DNA of 64,000 bases from Octopus sinensis. Taxonomy: Eukaryota. This document shows, one piece after another, positions 53,474-64,000 of this stretch. Where the stretch lies: NCBI RefSeq assembly GCF_006345805.1, contig NC_042998.1, positions 59,458,001-59,522,000 on the forward strand, given 5' to 3'. Under the pieces are notes generated by a model. It had not been told where the DNA came from, did no database searches, and saw only the letters and a program-made list of their open reading frames with translations. Numbering within the stretch: the stretch's first letter is position 1; each line of letters begins with the position of its first letter. A program made the translations under genes and the position numbers.

Positions 53474-53869
53474 CAAATAAAAAAAAAGAAAGAAAGAAAA
53501 AGGAAAAACAATCAGATGTGATTAATTGGCACAAGCAATGTATTAGTATGGCGCTCAGAAAAAGAACAGAGTTGTTTTACGTTTGAAGCATAGCTCTTCG
53601 TCGGAATCAATGAAGAGAGGAAAGTTTAAAGAGAAAGAAGGAAGAAGAAAAAATTGCTAACAGTTCATATATATTCTGAAGTAAAATGTCTGGGATTTTA
53701 CGACTATATTTTTGGTTATATCTTCATGTATTTATTCGTACACCACCAGGGATATAAAATTTCAGTCAGTGTGAATATGAATGTATAAGTATCTGTGTGT
53801 GCGGGAGAGAGTTGAGTGCATATGAATGTTGATATAATTTCTTTTTTCTGCCTTTAACCCTCCAACGCA

Positions 53870-54040
53870 GAGTATAGGCCATTTATAATTGAATTCTATG
53901 TCGCATAATTTTCCGCTTCTGTACATATGCTCTGCCATGAATGTCCCTCTTTCTCTAGTTCCTTTTGTGTTGATCTACTCCACGAGTTCTTAGGCCTACC
54001 TATCTTTCTATATCCACCCGGTTTCCACTGTAATGTCTAA
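53870..54040 (-). pseudogene. RTE-type LINE extreme C-terminal remnant
   Basis: Minus: WKPGGYRKIGRPKNSWSRSTQKELEKEGHSWQSICTEAEN (W.P.G.R..GRPK..W motif). Confidence 0.55.
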
Positions 54041-54299
54041 ATAACAGACAGAGGACAGCACTGGAAAATACGAAAACTAAAAGAGGCAGCACATATGCTA
54101 GGACATAATAACATCCTAAGTAAACCTAGTGCAGATATGAATAGCATGTGGGGACCAGTATTAAGGAAAGATAGGAAAATATTATATTTATAAGCCCTAA
54201 AATTCACCTCATAATTGCCCAGGGGCATATGACATAGTGGTTAAGGGCGCGGGATGTGAACCTCAAGATTCCGAGTTCGATTCCGAGCAGTGAATACTA

Positions 54300-54330
54300 C
54301 AACAACAACAACAACAACTACTACTACTAC

Positions 54331-54369
<39 letters not shown>

Positions 54370-54377
54370 TGATGATA
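54300..54377. repeat. (CAA)n-(CTA)n-(TAA)n-(TGA)n compound repeat, preceded by a tRNA-like SINE head (54222-54295)
   Basis: Direct reading; head gtggttaagggcgcgg...gagttcgattcc. Confidence 0.85.
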
Positions 54378-54428
54378 GAATCGAAAAATACCTTAGGATT
54401 GAGAACTCTGGTTCGAAATTCCCCCAGG

Positions 54429-54472
54429 ACATCTGATGAAGGCTGGAGGGTACAACAGCTGAAACGTTGTGT
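54429..54472 (+). ncRNA. Minimal type-I hammerhead motif
   Basis: acat/gtgt stem I; CTGATGA 54433-54439; ggctg/cagct stem II; GAAA 54461-54464; minimal palindrome acgt; U17 at 54468. Confidence 0.75.
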
Positions 54473-55195
54473 TATCAACAAACAAAATGGGGACAAATAT
54501 CCGTCACATGTAAATAATGTAAATAATGTTCATACATAGTTCTCAAATATAGAACTATATATATATGAATGTTTTTTCTCATTCTTTCTCTTTGAACTTT
54601 CCGACGAGGAGCTATGCTTGAAACGTAATTATGTTCTATTTCCGAGCATCATGTTAATACATTGCTTGTGTTAAATCCTCACGTATGTTTTTTTTTCCTG
54701 TTTCTTTGTTTCTCTGTATTTTGATGTGATTATATGTATATAAAAAAAAAAGAAAACAGAGAAAGAATGAAAAAAGAATAAAGAATCAAACGTGAGGATT
54801 TAGCACAAACAATTTATTTTGATGCTCGCAAATAGAACATAGTTACGTTTCAAGCATAGTTCTTTGTCGGAAACAAGGAAAGCAGGAAAGTTCAAAGAGA
54901 ATGAAGGAAGAAGGAGGAAAATTTGCTAACAGCACACGAGCGGTTACATTTCTGAAGGAGGAAGAGAAAGTTATTTCTGAGTCAGGAGAGTGTGAAGATG
55001 CTTGGTATCTTTATGTGTGGTAGCTTGTGTATGTGGTAGCGTGTGCGCTGGTGGTGTGTGGTGTGTGCGTGTTGTAGGGTCTGTGTCCGTCTGTGATACT
55101 GTCGATCTGGGAGGTCAGCAGCTATAGTAATAGGTGCTTGTATTTGCGTGATTGCATGTGTGCGTACATGGAGGTGTCAATAGAGAGTTCATATA

Positions 55196-55254
<59 letters not shown>

Positions 55255-55410
55255 TCAATAATGATTCCATATATATGTGTGTGTATATATATATATACCT
55301 ACACATATATAGTTCTATATTTGAGAACTAGATATGAACATTATTTACATTATTTACATTTGATGAATATTTGTCCTAATTTTGTTTGTTGTTAAGACAA
55401 CGCTTCAGCT
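54462..55410. repeat. Nested inverted repeats: outer ~54462-54560 / 55308-55410, inner ~54576-54684 / 54790-54908
   Basis: aataatgtaaataatgttcat...gttctcaaatatagaacta versus tagttctatatttgagaac...atgaacattatttacattatt; tccgacg...aaatcctcacgt versus acgtgaggattt...gtcgga. Confidence 0.85.
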
Positions 55411-55577
55411 GATGCAGAGTTTATAAGTCTAATATTTTTCTATCCTTGCTTAATACCGCTAGGTTTACTTAAGACGTCATTATGTCTTATCATATGTGCT
55501 CTCTCTTTTAGTTTTCATATTTTCCATTGGTGTTTTCTTTCTATTATATAGACATTACGTAAATAATGTAAATAATG

Positions 55578-55614
<37 letters not shown>

Positions 55615-56925
55615 CAGCAGAAAACAATCAGAAACCTCACCACACTCATACGCCAACACGGTCAGGGACTCACAGAAAAAGAAAGGGATTATATCACCAT
55701 TTTCAAATGCAAGCCCAGCCTTTTTTATGGCCTTCCTAAAATCCATAAAAACAAATACATCACCGAAGCCTGCAAACTCTCCACTGACATCCACAGCAAC
55801 ATCAAAGCACCGGAGGACCTAAAACTAAGGCCCATCGTGGCTGGTACCTCCTGTGAAACACACCGCCTGAGTAACTTCCTAGACATCCTTTTGAAACCTT
55901 TCCTTACCCACATCAAACGTTTCATTAGGGATGATCTGGACATGCTCAAACACCTCCCGAAAACAGTTAACGAGGAGGCACTCCTGGTATCCTTTGATGT
56001 CATCAACCTCTACACCAACATTCCACATGAGTATGGTATAGAGGCAATTGACTTCTGGCTAGAAAAACACCCAGAGACATTCCCTGACCGCATTAACAAG
56101 TCTTTTATTACAGAATCTCTTAAGTTCATTCTGACAAACAATTTTTTTCTCTTCGACGACACACACTACCGTCAAAAATGTGGCATTGCGATGGGTACCA
56201 AGGCTGCACCAGTCCTTGCGAACCTCATAATGGGTTACTTCGAACTGTCACTCTATGAAATATCAAGCCAGAAATTTGGACATGTTTTCCACACCTACCT
56301 AATGGAAAACTGGAAAAGGTATTTAGATGATTGTTTCATCATATGGAAAGAACCTTATGAAAAACTCCTGGAATTCAAAACCATACGAAACAACATACAT
56401 CCCAACATCCAATTCACTATGGAATTAAGCAAACATCATCTCCCATTCCTTGATCTCCTAATTATAAAAACACCTAAGAACCAAATCATAACAGACATCT
56501 ACCACAAACCTACAGACTCACAACACTACCTCCTCTTTAGTTCATGCCACCCAAAACACACCAAGACAAATATCCCTTTCAATTTAGCTAAAAGGGTATG
56601 CACCATTGTCTCGGATCCAAAAACACGAGAAATACGCCTTCAAGACCTCAAAAAAACACTATTACAACGTCAATATCCCTCCACCCTTATAGAGTATGGA
56701 ATAAAACGCGCCAAAGAACTAGACAACACTACACTGAAAACCACCCAACCTAACACCACACACAACCTCAAAATACTTCCATACATTTCCACCCACAACC
56801 CCAAAAATATCGAAGCATACACCACAATCATACAAAACCTCAGTCTACTGTCAACAGACCCAAAAATGAAAAACATTATAAATACACACAAAATCCTCAA
56901 ATGCAAAAGGCAACACAATCTTTAA
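55615..56925 (+). CDS. Penelope-type reverse transcriptase (no start codon; frame open from 55615)
   Basis: FYGLPKIHK, LRPIVAG, LVSFDVINLYTNIP, YRQKCGIAMGT..AP.LANL.MG, WKRYLDDCF, IHPNIQFTME, LPFLDL, YHKPTDS..YL...SCHP. Confidence 0.9.
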   Translation, partial: QQKTIRNLTTLIRQHGQGLTEKERDYITIFKCKPSLFYGLPKIHKNKYITEACKLSTDIHSNIKAPEDLKLRPIVAGTSCETHRLSNFLDILLKPFLTHIKRFIRDDLDMLKHLPKTVNEEALLVSFDVINLYTNIPHEYGIEAIDFWLEKHPETFPDRINKSFITESLKFILTNNFFLFDDTHYRQKCGIAMGTKAAPVLANLIMGYFELSLYEISSQKFGHVFHTYLMENWKRYLDDCFIIWKEPYEKLLEFKTIRNNIHPNIQFTMELSKHHLPFLDLLIIKTPKNQIITDIYHKPTDSQHYLLFSSCHPKHTKTNIPFNLAKRVCTIVSDPKTREIRLQDLKKTLLQRQYPSTLIEYGIKRAKELDNTTLKTTQPNTTHNLKILPYISTHNPKNIEAYTTIIQNLSLLSTDPKMKNIINTHKILKCKRQHNL

Positions 56926-57389
56926 AAAAACTCTTGACAAATGCCAAACTTCACACACCACATCCACCCCCAACAGTAAAAAAATGTGCACGCTCAAACT
57001 GTGGTACCTGCCCCTTTCTACTTGAAGGCTCTGAATTTACCTTCAAACAAGGTACGAAGTTTAAAATCAAGACTAACTTCTCCTGTTCCTCCGAGAACCT
57101 TATCTACGTTCTCACATGCGCTGGTTGCCAACATAATTATGTTGGACAAACGAGTCTCCCGTTACGTAAACGAGTAACGGTGCATAAAGAACAAATAAAT
57201 CTCCCGGAATACCAACAAATTCCACTGAGTGACCACTTAGACTCATGTGCTAAAGACTTAAACCCCAAATTCTATATATTCCCCTTCTACCAATGTAAAT
57301 ACGGGATCACCACACAGGAGAGAATTAACAAGGAGAATCTCTTTATTGAAAAATTCCAAACACAACTTAATATGCAAACTCCTCGTTGA
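56901..57389 (+). CDS. GIY-YIG endonuclease domain of the same ORF, separated by an apparent 1-bp deletion near 56913
   Basis: CARSNCGTC...NFSCSSENLIYVLTCAGCQHNYVGQTSLPLRKRVTVH...E..FI..FQT..N. Confidence 0.88.
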   Translation: MQKATQSLKKLLTNAKLHTPHPPPTVKKCARSNCGTCPFLLEGSEFTFKQGTKFKIKTNFSCSSENLIYVLTCAGCQHNYVGQTSLPLRKRVTVHKEQINLPEYQQIPLSDHLDSCAKDLNPKFYIFPFYQCKYGITTQERINKENLFIEKFQTQLNMQTPR

Positions 57390-58023
57390 TCAAACTTCCT
57401 TTCTCTACCTCACTCTTCATGGATGGACTAACACAAATATATAAAGATACCATGCATTCATCACTTCAAGCTAAAACTTATATTCTTTAAATATCATTTT
57501 TACTATTGTTGTTATTACTATCATTTTTATTATAAATGATATGACAATTTGAAATGCAATTGTCTATGCAGATTTATATTATTAGAAAATAATATAAATA
57601 AAGTGTTAAAATCTGAAAGTTAAGTTAACAAGCAATTATATAAAAAAGATAATGCAAATGAAGCTAAAATGATAGTTTTATAATTTGGGTTTTATTGAAG
57701 AACTCAAAAGAGTTGTCTCCCCTTACTCACAACACAGGAACTGAAGAACCAGGACCACAATTACTACTACTTCCTGTCCTGCAAACATGCTGAATTTAAC
57801 AACACAACACAACACATGCTCTTAATGCCTTTGGATCTTAACACCTCAAGGTAATTTTTTCGTAAACAACCATAAAACTCAAGATACACAACGAACTCAC
57901 AATGTATCGGAGAACTTATTTTTTAATTTTTGTACATTTTTATCATTATTCTTTTACAAAAAACAATGCAATTTTCTTTTTTTCCCCTTTCTAATTTTTA
58001 AAAAAACTTCTTAAAACATAAAT

Positions 58024-58062
58024 ATTCTTGACAAGTCATACAATGACGAAAACCGGTTGAAT
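58024..58062 (+). ncRNA. Hammerhead-like motif, U3-A8 core, at the PLE 3' end
   Basis: attc/gaat stem I; TTGACAA 58028-58034; gtca/tgac stem II; GAAAA-ccgg-TT (one extra A relative to the canonical spacing). Confidence 0.6.
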
Positions 58063-58293
58063 AAATATATATTTATATATTTTATCAATTTCTCATTCTA
58101 TTAAAATTTTCTTTCATTTGAGCATTCTGCATTTTAAAAAAATTTTTCGTTACTATATATATATATATACAATATATGTAATCACCCCACTATTTCGTAT
58201 GGTTAACACCATATAGATTTGTGGTGCATCCAAGTTAAGTACCATATTCTTGTGAATTCAATAGAACTCATTTGAATCTTAATTGCTTAAACC

Positions 58294-58325
<32 letters not shown>

Positions 58326-59461
58326 TCACATCTGTCCTGCACACACACATACATATATATTCATATTGACACCCTTTAAACTTGTAAATACCTTGTTGTG
58401 CACGAATACAGAAGTATATTCGAATGTGTGAAGTTGTATACTCTGACAATGCACTTGTACCTTTTAATATAAAAAGACTGAATTTAGATTTTAAAAAAGG
58501 CAATAAACACATGAAGATATAACCAAAAATATAGTTGTTTTAAAATGCCAGACATTCTAACTCAGAAAATACAGAGACTTTTCGTTTGGTCTTGATTACA
58601 CGTTCTTTATATTTTCTTTTTTTACTGGTAATTTGCAGGAATTTAAAATCTGTTTTTGACGTGCCTACGCATTAACTTGCATACGCGTTCTGGGCATTTT
58701 GATCATAACAGTAAAATGTCCTGCAGCACTGACTGCTTGTTCAGTTGCATATTACAGAGAAAACCATATTTTCAAAAGGTGCCATACTATCCCCCACAAA
58801 TGTTCTACCCCTCTTAGTTATTTTCGTATGGACATTTAATGATAATTCTTTCTCTTATAAAATGCTACGTTCTTGGCTATTATTATCCTCGTGATGAGTC
58901 TGAACTGAGACGAGCTATCACCAAAGATGATCTAGTAGGAATCTTATATATTTCGTTCATCCCTTCATTTTTTAAGGTGTCAAGTTAATATCTTGAAGTG
59001 AATCTGCTGTTATTTCTTGCCCGATGAGACAGCATGTAAGGGTTCCCTTGTCGAAGCTCATGAATTTGTGTTTGTTTTCAGTGCACGTAGGTTATCATAT
59101 AACGTAACAGTTTCTTTAACTTGGTTTCATATAGTATAAGATCCAGTACTTTGAGAAGTTAAAACAAGGTTCTGTTGAGTTACAAATATAAACATTTCTG
59201 ACACTCGTTACATAAGTGAATTTTGAAACTGAATGTAAAATATTTAATCTTCAGTTTATTAAATGCAATTAGAAATATCTAGAGGTCTAGATATATGTAG
59301 GCGCAGGCGTGGCTGCGTAGTAAGAAGCTTGCTTCCCAACCATAATGTTCTAGGTTCAGTCTCACTGCGTGGCACCTTGGGCAAGTGTTTTCTACTATAG
59401 ACTCGGGCCATCTAAGCCTTGTGAGTGGATTTGGTAGATGGAGGCTGAAAGAAGCTCGCCG

Positions 59462-59517
<56 letters not shown>

Positions 59518-59518
<1 letters not shown>

Positions 59519-59545
59519 TAGCAAACGCATCCGTCCTTTGGACGG
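59518..59545 (-). mobile_element. Helitron-type 3' terminus
   Basis: Minus: ccgtcc-aaa-ggacgg hairpin, 9 nt, CTAG, then T (into a (TA)n tract). Confidence 0.55.
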
Positions 59546-61895
59546 TTTAAGTTGCTTTCGTGGTATTGTTTTCACCAAATAATTGAATTACCGAGAAGTT
59601 TTATGTGAAGCATGGCAATCTGTTTCGGATTAACCTAGGAACGGAAAATCAAATTGAAGGCTGGTTATTGTGGATGTCATTGCACTTTGATTATCATAGA
59701 ACATATAAGTTTGAAAGCGATGTAAAGTAGAGCTACTGAAGTCTTTTGGGAGTAGATTACGGATAATGACTACAAAATGTCGTTATTTTACATGAAAGCG
59801 AAATTTCTTGTCAGAAACAACCACATAAATGCTGTAAAGAAATCGAAGGAAGATGTTGAAACTTCCCCTCTGCGAGTTTATTTTTTTTAACAGCAAAAGG
59901 AGCTATTTTTTCGGAGAGAAAAGCTAACAAAAGCCCCTTTATTCTATCTTCTCAGATAGCGTGCACATAAACTAACTGCTGCATAAAGTTAAATTGGTAT
60001 GGAGCATCCTGAAAGATACGTGTAGCTTTCGCTAGTGAATGCAAAACTCTTATTTAAAGGTTGATTCTTTGGGACGAATCATATGTGAGTGTTTAAAAAA
60101 GGCTAGAATGACAATGCTGAAACATATTTGAAACAATGGACAGCAGTCGAAATATAATGGCTGAGTAAAGAAGCATCCTTAAAGTGAAACAACGGCATCA
60201 AAGGTAAAAAAAGAAAGGTATCAACAATCAGAAGGGAGGGGAGAGAACATCACCTTTGAAGTTACTCAGAATAGGTAAAGGTAAGCTTGCCAAAGTTTAA
60301 TGCAGTTTCGGTATTGGATATTCATCACGTATAATTTTCCTAGTCAACTGAATCACCGCCGTAAGTGGACAGCAGAATTAAATAGACGAAATCCTTTTAT
60401 TTGTATAAAAATATTAAAAAGAAAATGAAGGCAAAAAGCTCTCGTTTTCACAATGAAAAATCGTTTCCTAGTAGCCGGAATTTCGCGACAAAATGTATGT
60501 TTATTAATACCGCTGGGCATTAAAAACCAATCGCACAAACCTAGATAAAAAATTCACTCGTTTTGCCATAGCAACCACATCTTTATAGCTTGCGAATTTA
60601 TATATATACATGTATATGTATATCGATGTATTATGTGTATGTTTCTGTCTGTGTTCTACTCGCCGCCATCTTGACAACTGTTGTTGGTGGGTTTGTATCC
60701 CTGTAACCTAGCGGTTCGGCAAAAGAGACCGATGGAATAAGTACCAGGCTTGAAAAATAAGTACTGTGGCCGATTCCTTCCACTAAAACTTTAAGGCGGT
60801 GCCCTAACATGGACGCTGTTTAATGATTAAAACATGTAAAAGATTAAAAAATGATTAAGATCTGTCCCTATGCTGTGTGCAGCTTTCATCTCAGCTCATG
60901 TTCCTTTTTCGTTCTTACATCGTTTGCTTTTGATGCTACGAGTGTTCTAATTGCACAGGCTGCTGGAGTAGAACTTCTTTTATATAAAGTTCTACTAAAA
61001 CATTCCACTAAAATGTTCTATAAAACGTTCTAAATGTAGTCTGTATCACAAGCTATGCATTTGCAACGTCGTGTGACCCAACTCTCGAGACTTTACTTTT
61101 TCATATCTACTTTTCTCTTGTTTGAATCATCAAATTGTTAAGTGCTTTTTTGTGGGGGGGGGGTCCACGAATGATAACAGCTCTTGTGGATTTGGTTACT
61201 TCCTCGTAACGTAGAACTTGGAGTAGAGAAACCGATAGACTTTAGTACCAAACTTGAAAAATAAGTACTGGAATCGGTGTGTTCAATTAAAACACAAGGG
61301 GTTGCCCCAGAATGGTCGATGTCCATTATTCCCCCCAAAGTCCTCCATCAGACCGATAATCTGGTGATCAGAGGACTCTAAATCCAGACTGTACGGTAGT
61401 CGAATGAGACGTACACATCCGTTTTGTCGCTTGTATGATTTGATGATTAAACATATAAGATAACGCTGTCTGTGTGAATGTGGCTCATTGTAGTATTCCT
61501 GTTTGAAATCCTCCTCTTAAAGGATTCTCTAAGCTTTTTGAGTATCTCAGTTTGCCATCCACCGTTTGCTGTTCTGCTATGTCCCAGAGTATCAAGGTCA
61601 ATGATGACTTGTCATGTGCTACATTCCGGAAAACGAAAGTCAACGATGACTTGTCAAAACATTTATGACTTTCTATGTCCATTATGTCCAATGTTCGCTC
61701 TTGAACGTCTTAGGCATTAAAGAAACCTTCATGTTCGGTTCGTAAAAACACGGCTATGTTTTATATCATGTCAGCAGAAAAAAGAAATAATGTGACTTTA
61801 TTGTCCTATTAATACACACGTAGACATTTCTTTCCTTGAAATAAGGCGTTAATTGCCAATGTGCGCTCTTTGCGCAAATCTCCGATGCTCAAATA

Positions 61896-62200
61896 TTACA
61901 TGATCTTCTGTAATGCATTGCGATTATAGGTAGCATGGTTACCGTTGTGAGTCATCTGCTTGCGAATAAATTCGTCCACTTGCTGGAGATTTACGTCAGT
62001 TGAAAGCCTCTCAGTAAGTGGCCAGTTGTTGATCCCTTTTTTAACTCCTCGTCTATTTATGCACATGGCTATTATAAATGACTTCAACTACTTAAAACAA
62101 CGGTGCCAAAGTTGTACAACACTGTAGTTGTTGGCCCCCAGGATCATGGATGTATCCTTTCTTGAATACTGTAATCAGTGCTTTATGGATGATTTGGTTG
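61896..62200 (-). pseudogene. Very degenerate LINE RT N-terminal remnant
   Basis: KALITVFKKGYIHDPG / ANNY...LKSFII...RLSTDVNLQQVDEFIRK resembles A.I.P.FKKG...DP.NYR...RST..NL....D.I. Confidence 0.4.
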
Positions 62201-62284
62201 ATGTTTCTTGTACGTCGAGTGACTAGGCCAAAGCCTTTTCACGCTGGCTCTCGGTAAGCGCATATAAGTGGATAATGTTTGTGT

Positions 62285-62535
62285 GGAGACGCGTGGCTTC
62301 GGGGCTAGAGTGTTGGACGCATGATCGTGAGATTGTGGTTTCGATTCCCAACCGAGTGATGCCTTGTGTTCTTGAGCAAAACACTTCATTTTATGTCGCT
62401 GCAGACCACTCAACAGCCCAAAATGAGTAATCCTGTGGTGGTCCGGCGTCCGGTCCAGGTGGGAAATATATATGCCATGGAAACCGGAAAATGGCCCTTA
62501 TGTGTCGATATGACTCGAGAAGGATAATGTTTGTA
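62285..62535 (+). mobile_element. tRNA-head SINE (same family as 13041-13335)
   Basis: B-box-like ggtttcgattcc; tail ccggcgtccggtccaggtgggaa...atgccatggaaaccggaaaatggcccttatg. Confidence 0.75.
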
Positions 62536-63840
62536 ATATATCATTATTTTCGTGTATATAAATATGTAAATTTCGTGAATATAAACATATAAGTTTATTG
62601 CTGTTATTTAGTGCTGGTTTACTAGATCAGCCATAAATGTGAAGACTTATTACCATTGTATTCCATTCTTGTCACTCATCCTTTTCTTTCCCATTGCATA
62701 TCTAGAACTACATCACTTACCGATGTTCACTTACCGATGTTCACTCTTATGGCTAGCAAATCAACTGGCCATGATGTAGAGGCCTACCCGTTGCCTTTTG
62801 TAGAACAGGTGTAAAATAAATTAGCAATAAAAATTTAAATGTCATTAGAATGAAGTAGTTAAAATTAAAATGCCTTCCTGAATGCTTTTCTCTTTTTTAA
62901 GAACGTTAAACAACAGCAGCTGGAAGTTTGACAGAAATACAAACATTATCATCATATTTTAATTCTTTTAGAATCCGTGGATTCTTTTAAACGTCTGCAA
63001 GCTGCCTACACGAAATCCTTTCAGAAGATATTCCCTTTCATTCTCGGAAGTTGTAGCTGGCTTCCATCCTTTGAAGCCTAAATATTTCTTTGGCAAATTC
63101 CCCTCTGGTTCTTACGATGTGATGTTTTTAAAATAATTTACATTTCTATGCCTTATTTTACATTTTTCTGCTTATTTCTCCCTCTACAAATCTGTATCAT
63201 AATGTTGAAGCATGAAAAGCTTATAGTTCTGACGTTATTTTTGGTAGATTTCTCGAAACTAAAATTCACACAATTTCATCATTCTTGCGTAAGTGAAAGT
63301 TTTGCTTCCACCATTTTAAAGGAAACTTTCATTGTAATCCAAAAATATACTTACTATAGAAAAAATAACTCAAAGAAAATGTACCAAATCTATCTGCAGA
63401 ATTCCAATACGGTTATAAATCCTTTCATACTTTAGACGACCTACCGCTGTTCCAACATTTTCTTTCATTTAACCATTAGCATACATATGCTTTTGGCAAA
63501 ACCTCATTGCAAATTTTGACATTACATACATCTTTATCATATTGATATTGCATAATTTTCATTATATAATTTTTGCATTATATACATCTCTCTTATAAAA
63601 AGTATATTTTTTCAAACTTCAGTATTAGGTTCTATTTTCTTTTTAATTTATCCTCTAGTAAAGAATTAACTATTTGTGCATTTTCTGTAGCATTTTCTTT
63701 CCTGAAATTCTATTCTGTAAAATATTTACTATCGCAGCAGGTACTGGCACTTCTGTCAAGGTGTATGTCTCGCACTCCCATGTTTCCAGGCTAGTCCTCT
63801 AGCACGGAAGGTTAGACAAGACCCTTATACTCATGGCAAA

Positions 63841-63847
63841 TACATAC

Positions 63848-63944
<97 letters not shown>
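63841..63944. repeat. (TA)n-(TG)n microsatellite
   Basis: Direct reading. Confidence 0.95.
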
Positions 63945-63945
<1 letters not shown>

Positions 63946-64000
63946 AAGACAGTGTCTTTGTTGGCTATGCCTATGCTTACTTTCTAAAAACTGGTGTTGT

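Larger units (their letters stand above)
55615..58150 (+). mobile_element. Penelope-like retroelement, 5'-truncated, flanked by (TA)n
   Basis: RT and GIY-YIG coding region, AT-rich 3' region with an HHR-like motif; begins immediately after (TA)n and ends before (TA)n at ~58153. Confidence 0.95.

Noticed and set aside
58887-58920. GTGATGA-gtct/agac-GAGC hammerhead-like string
   Set aside because: G3 is not complementary to G8, GAAA is lost, and there is no stem I or III.

Overview
AT-rich, repeat-saturated eukaryotic (metazoan) DNA with no securely identifiable host gene. The SINE families and extreme microsatellite load look like an octopus/coleoid cephalopod genome (inference from memory of these repeats, not a search). 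Recognisable content: Penelope-like elements (one near-intact RT + GIY-YIG copy at 55615-58150 plus three fragments), a degenerate near-full-length CR1-type LINE, a 5'-truncated RTE LINE, R4/Dong-type RLE fragments, an L1/Tx1 3' fragment, Tc1/mariner relics and MITEs, Helitron-type 3' ends, many tRNA-derived SINEs and simple repeats. Most ORFs in the supplied track are translations of microsatellites. The most striking signal is RNA-level. About 18 minimal type-I hammerhead ribozyme (HHR) motifs occur, mostly inside seven fold-back palindromes. One tandem pair defines a 559-nt retrozyme-like unit. The set includes cores with all four Watson-Crick permutations of the 3-8 tertiary pair (C-G, U-A, G-C, A-U). 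Minus-strand copies appear to be preferentially damaged. All folds were assigned by eye; none is tested.
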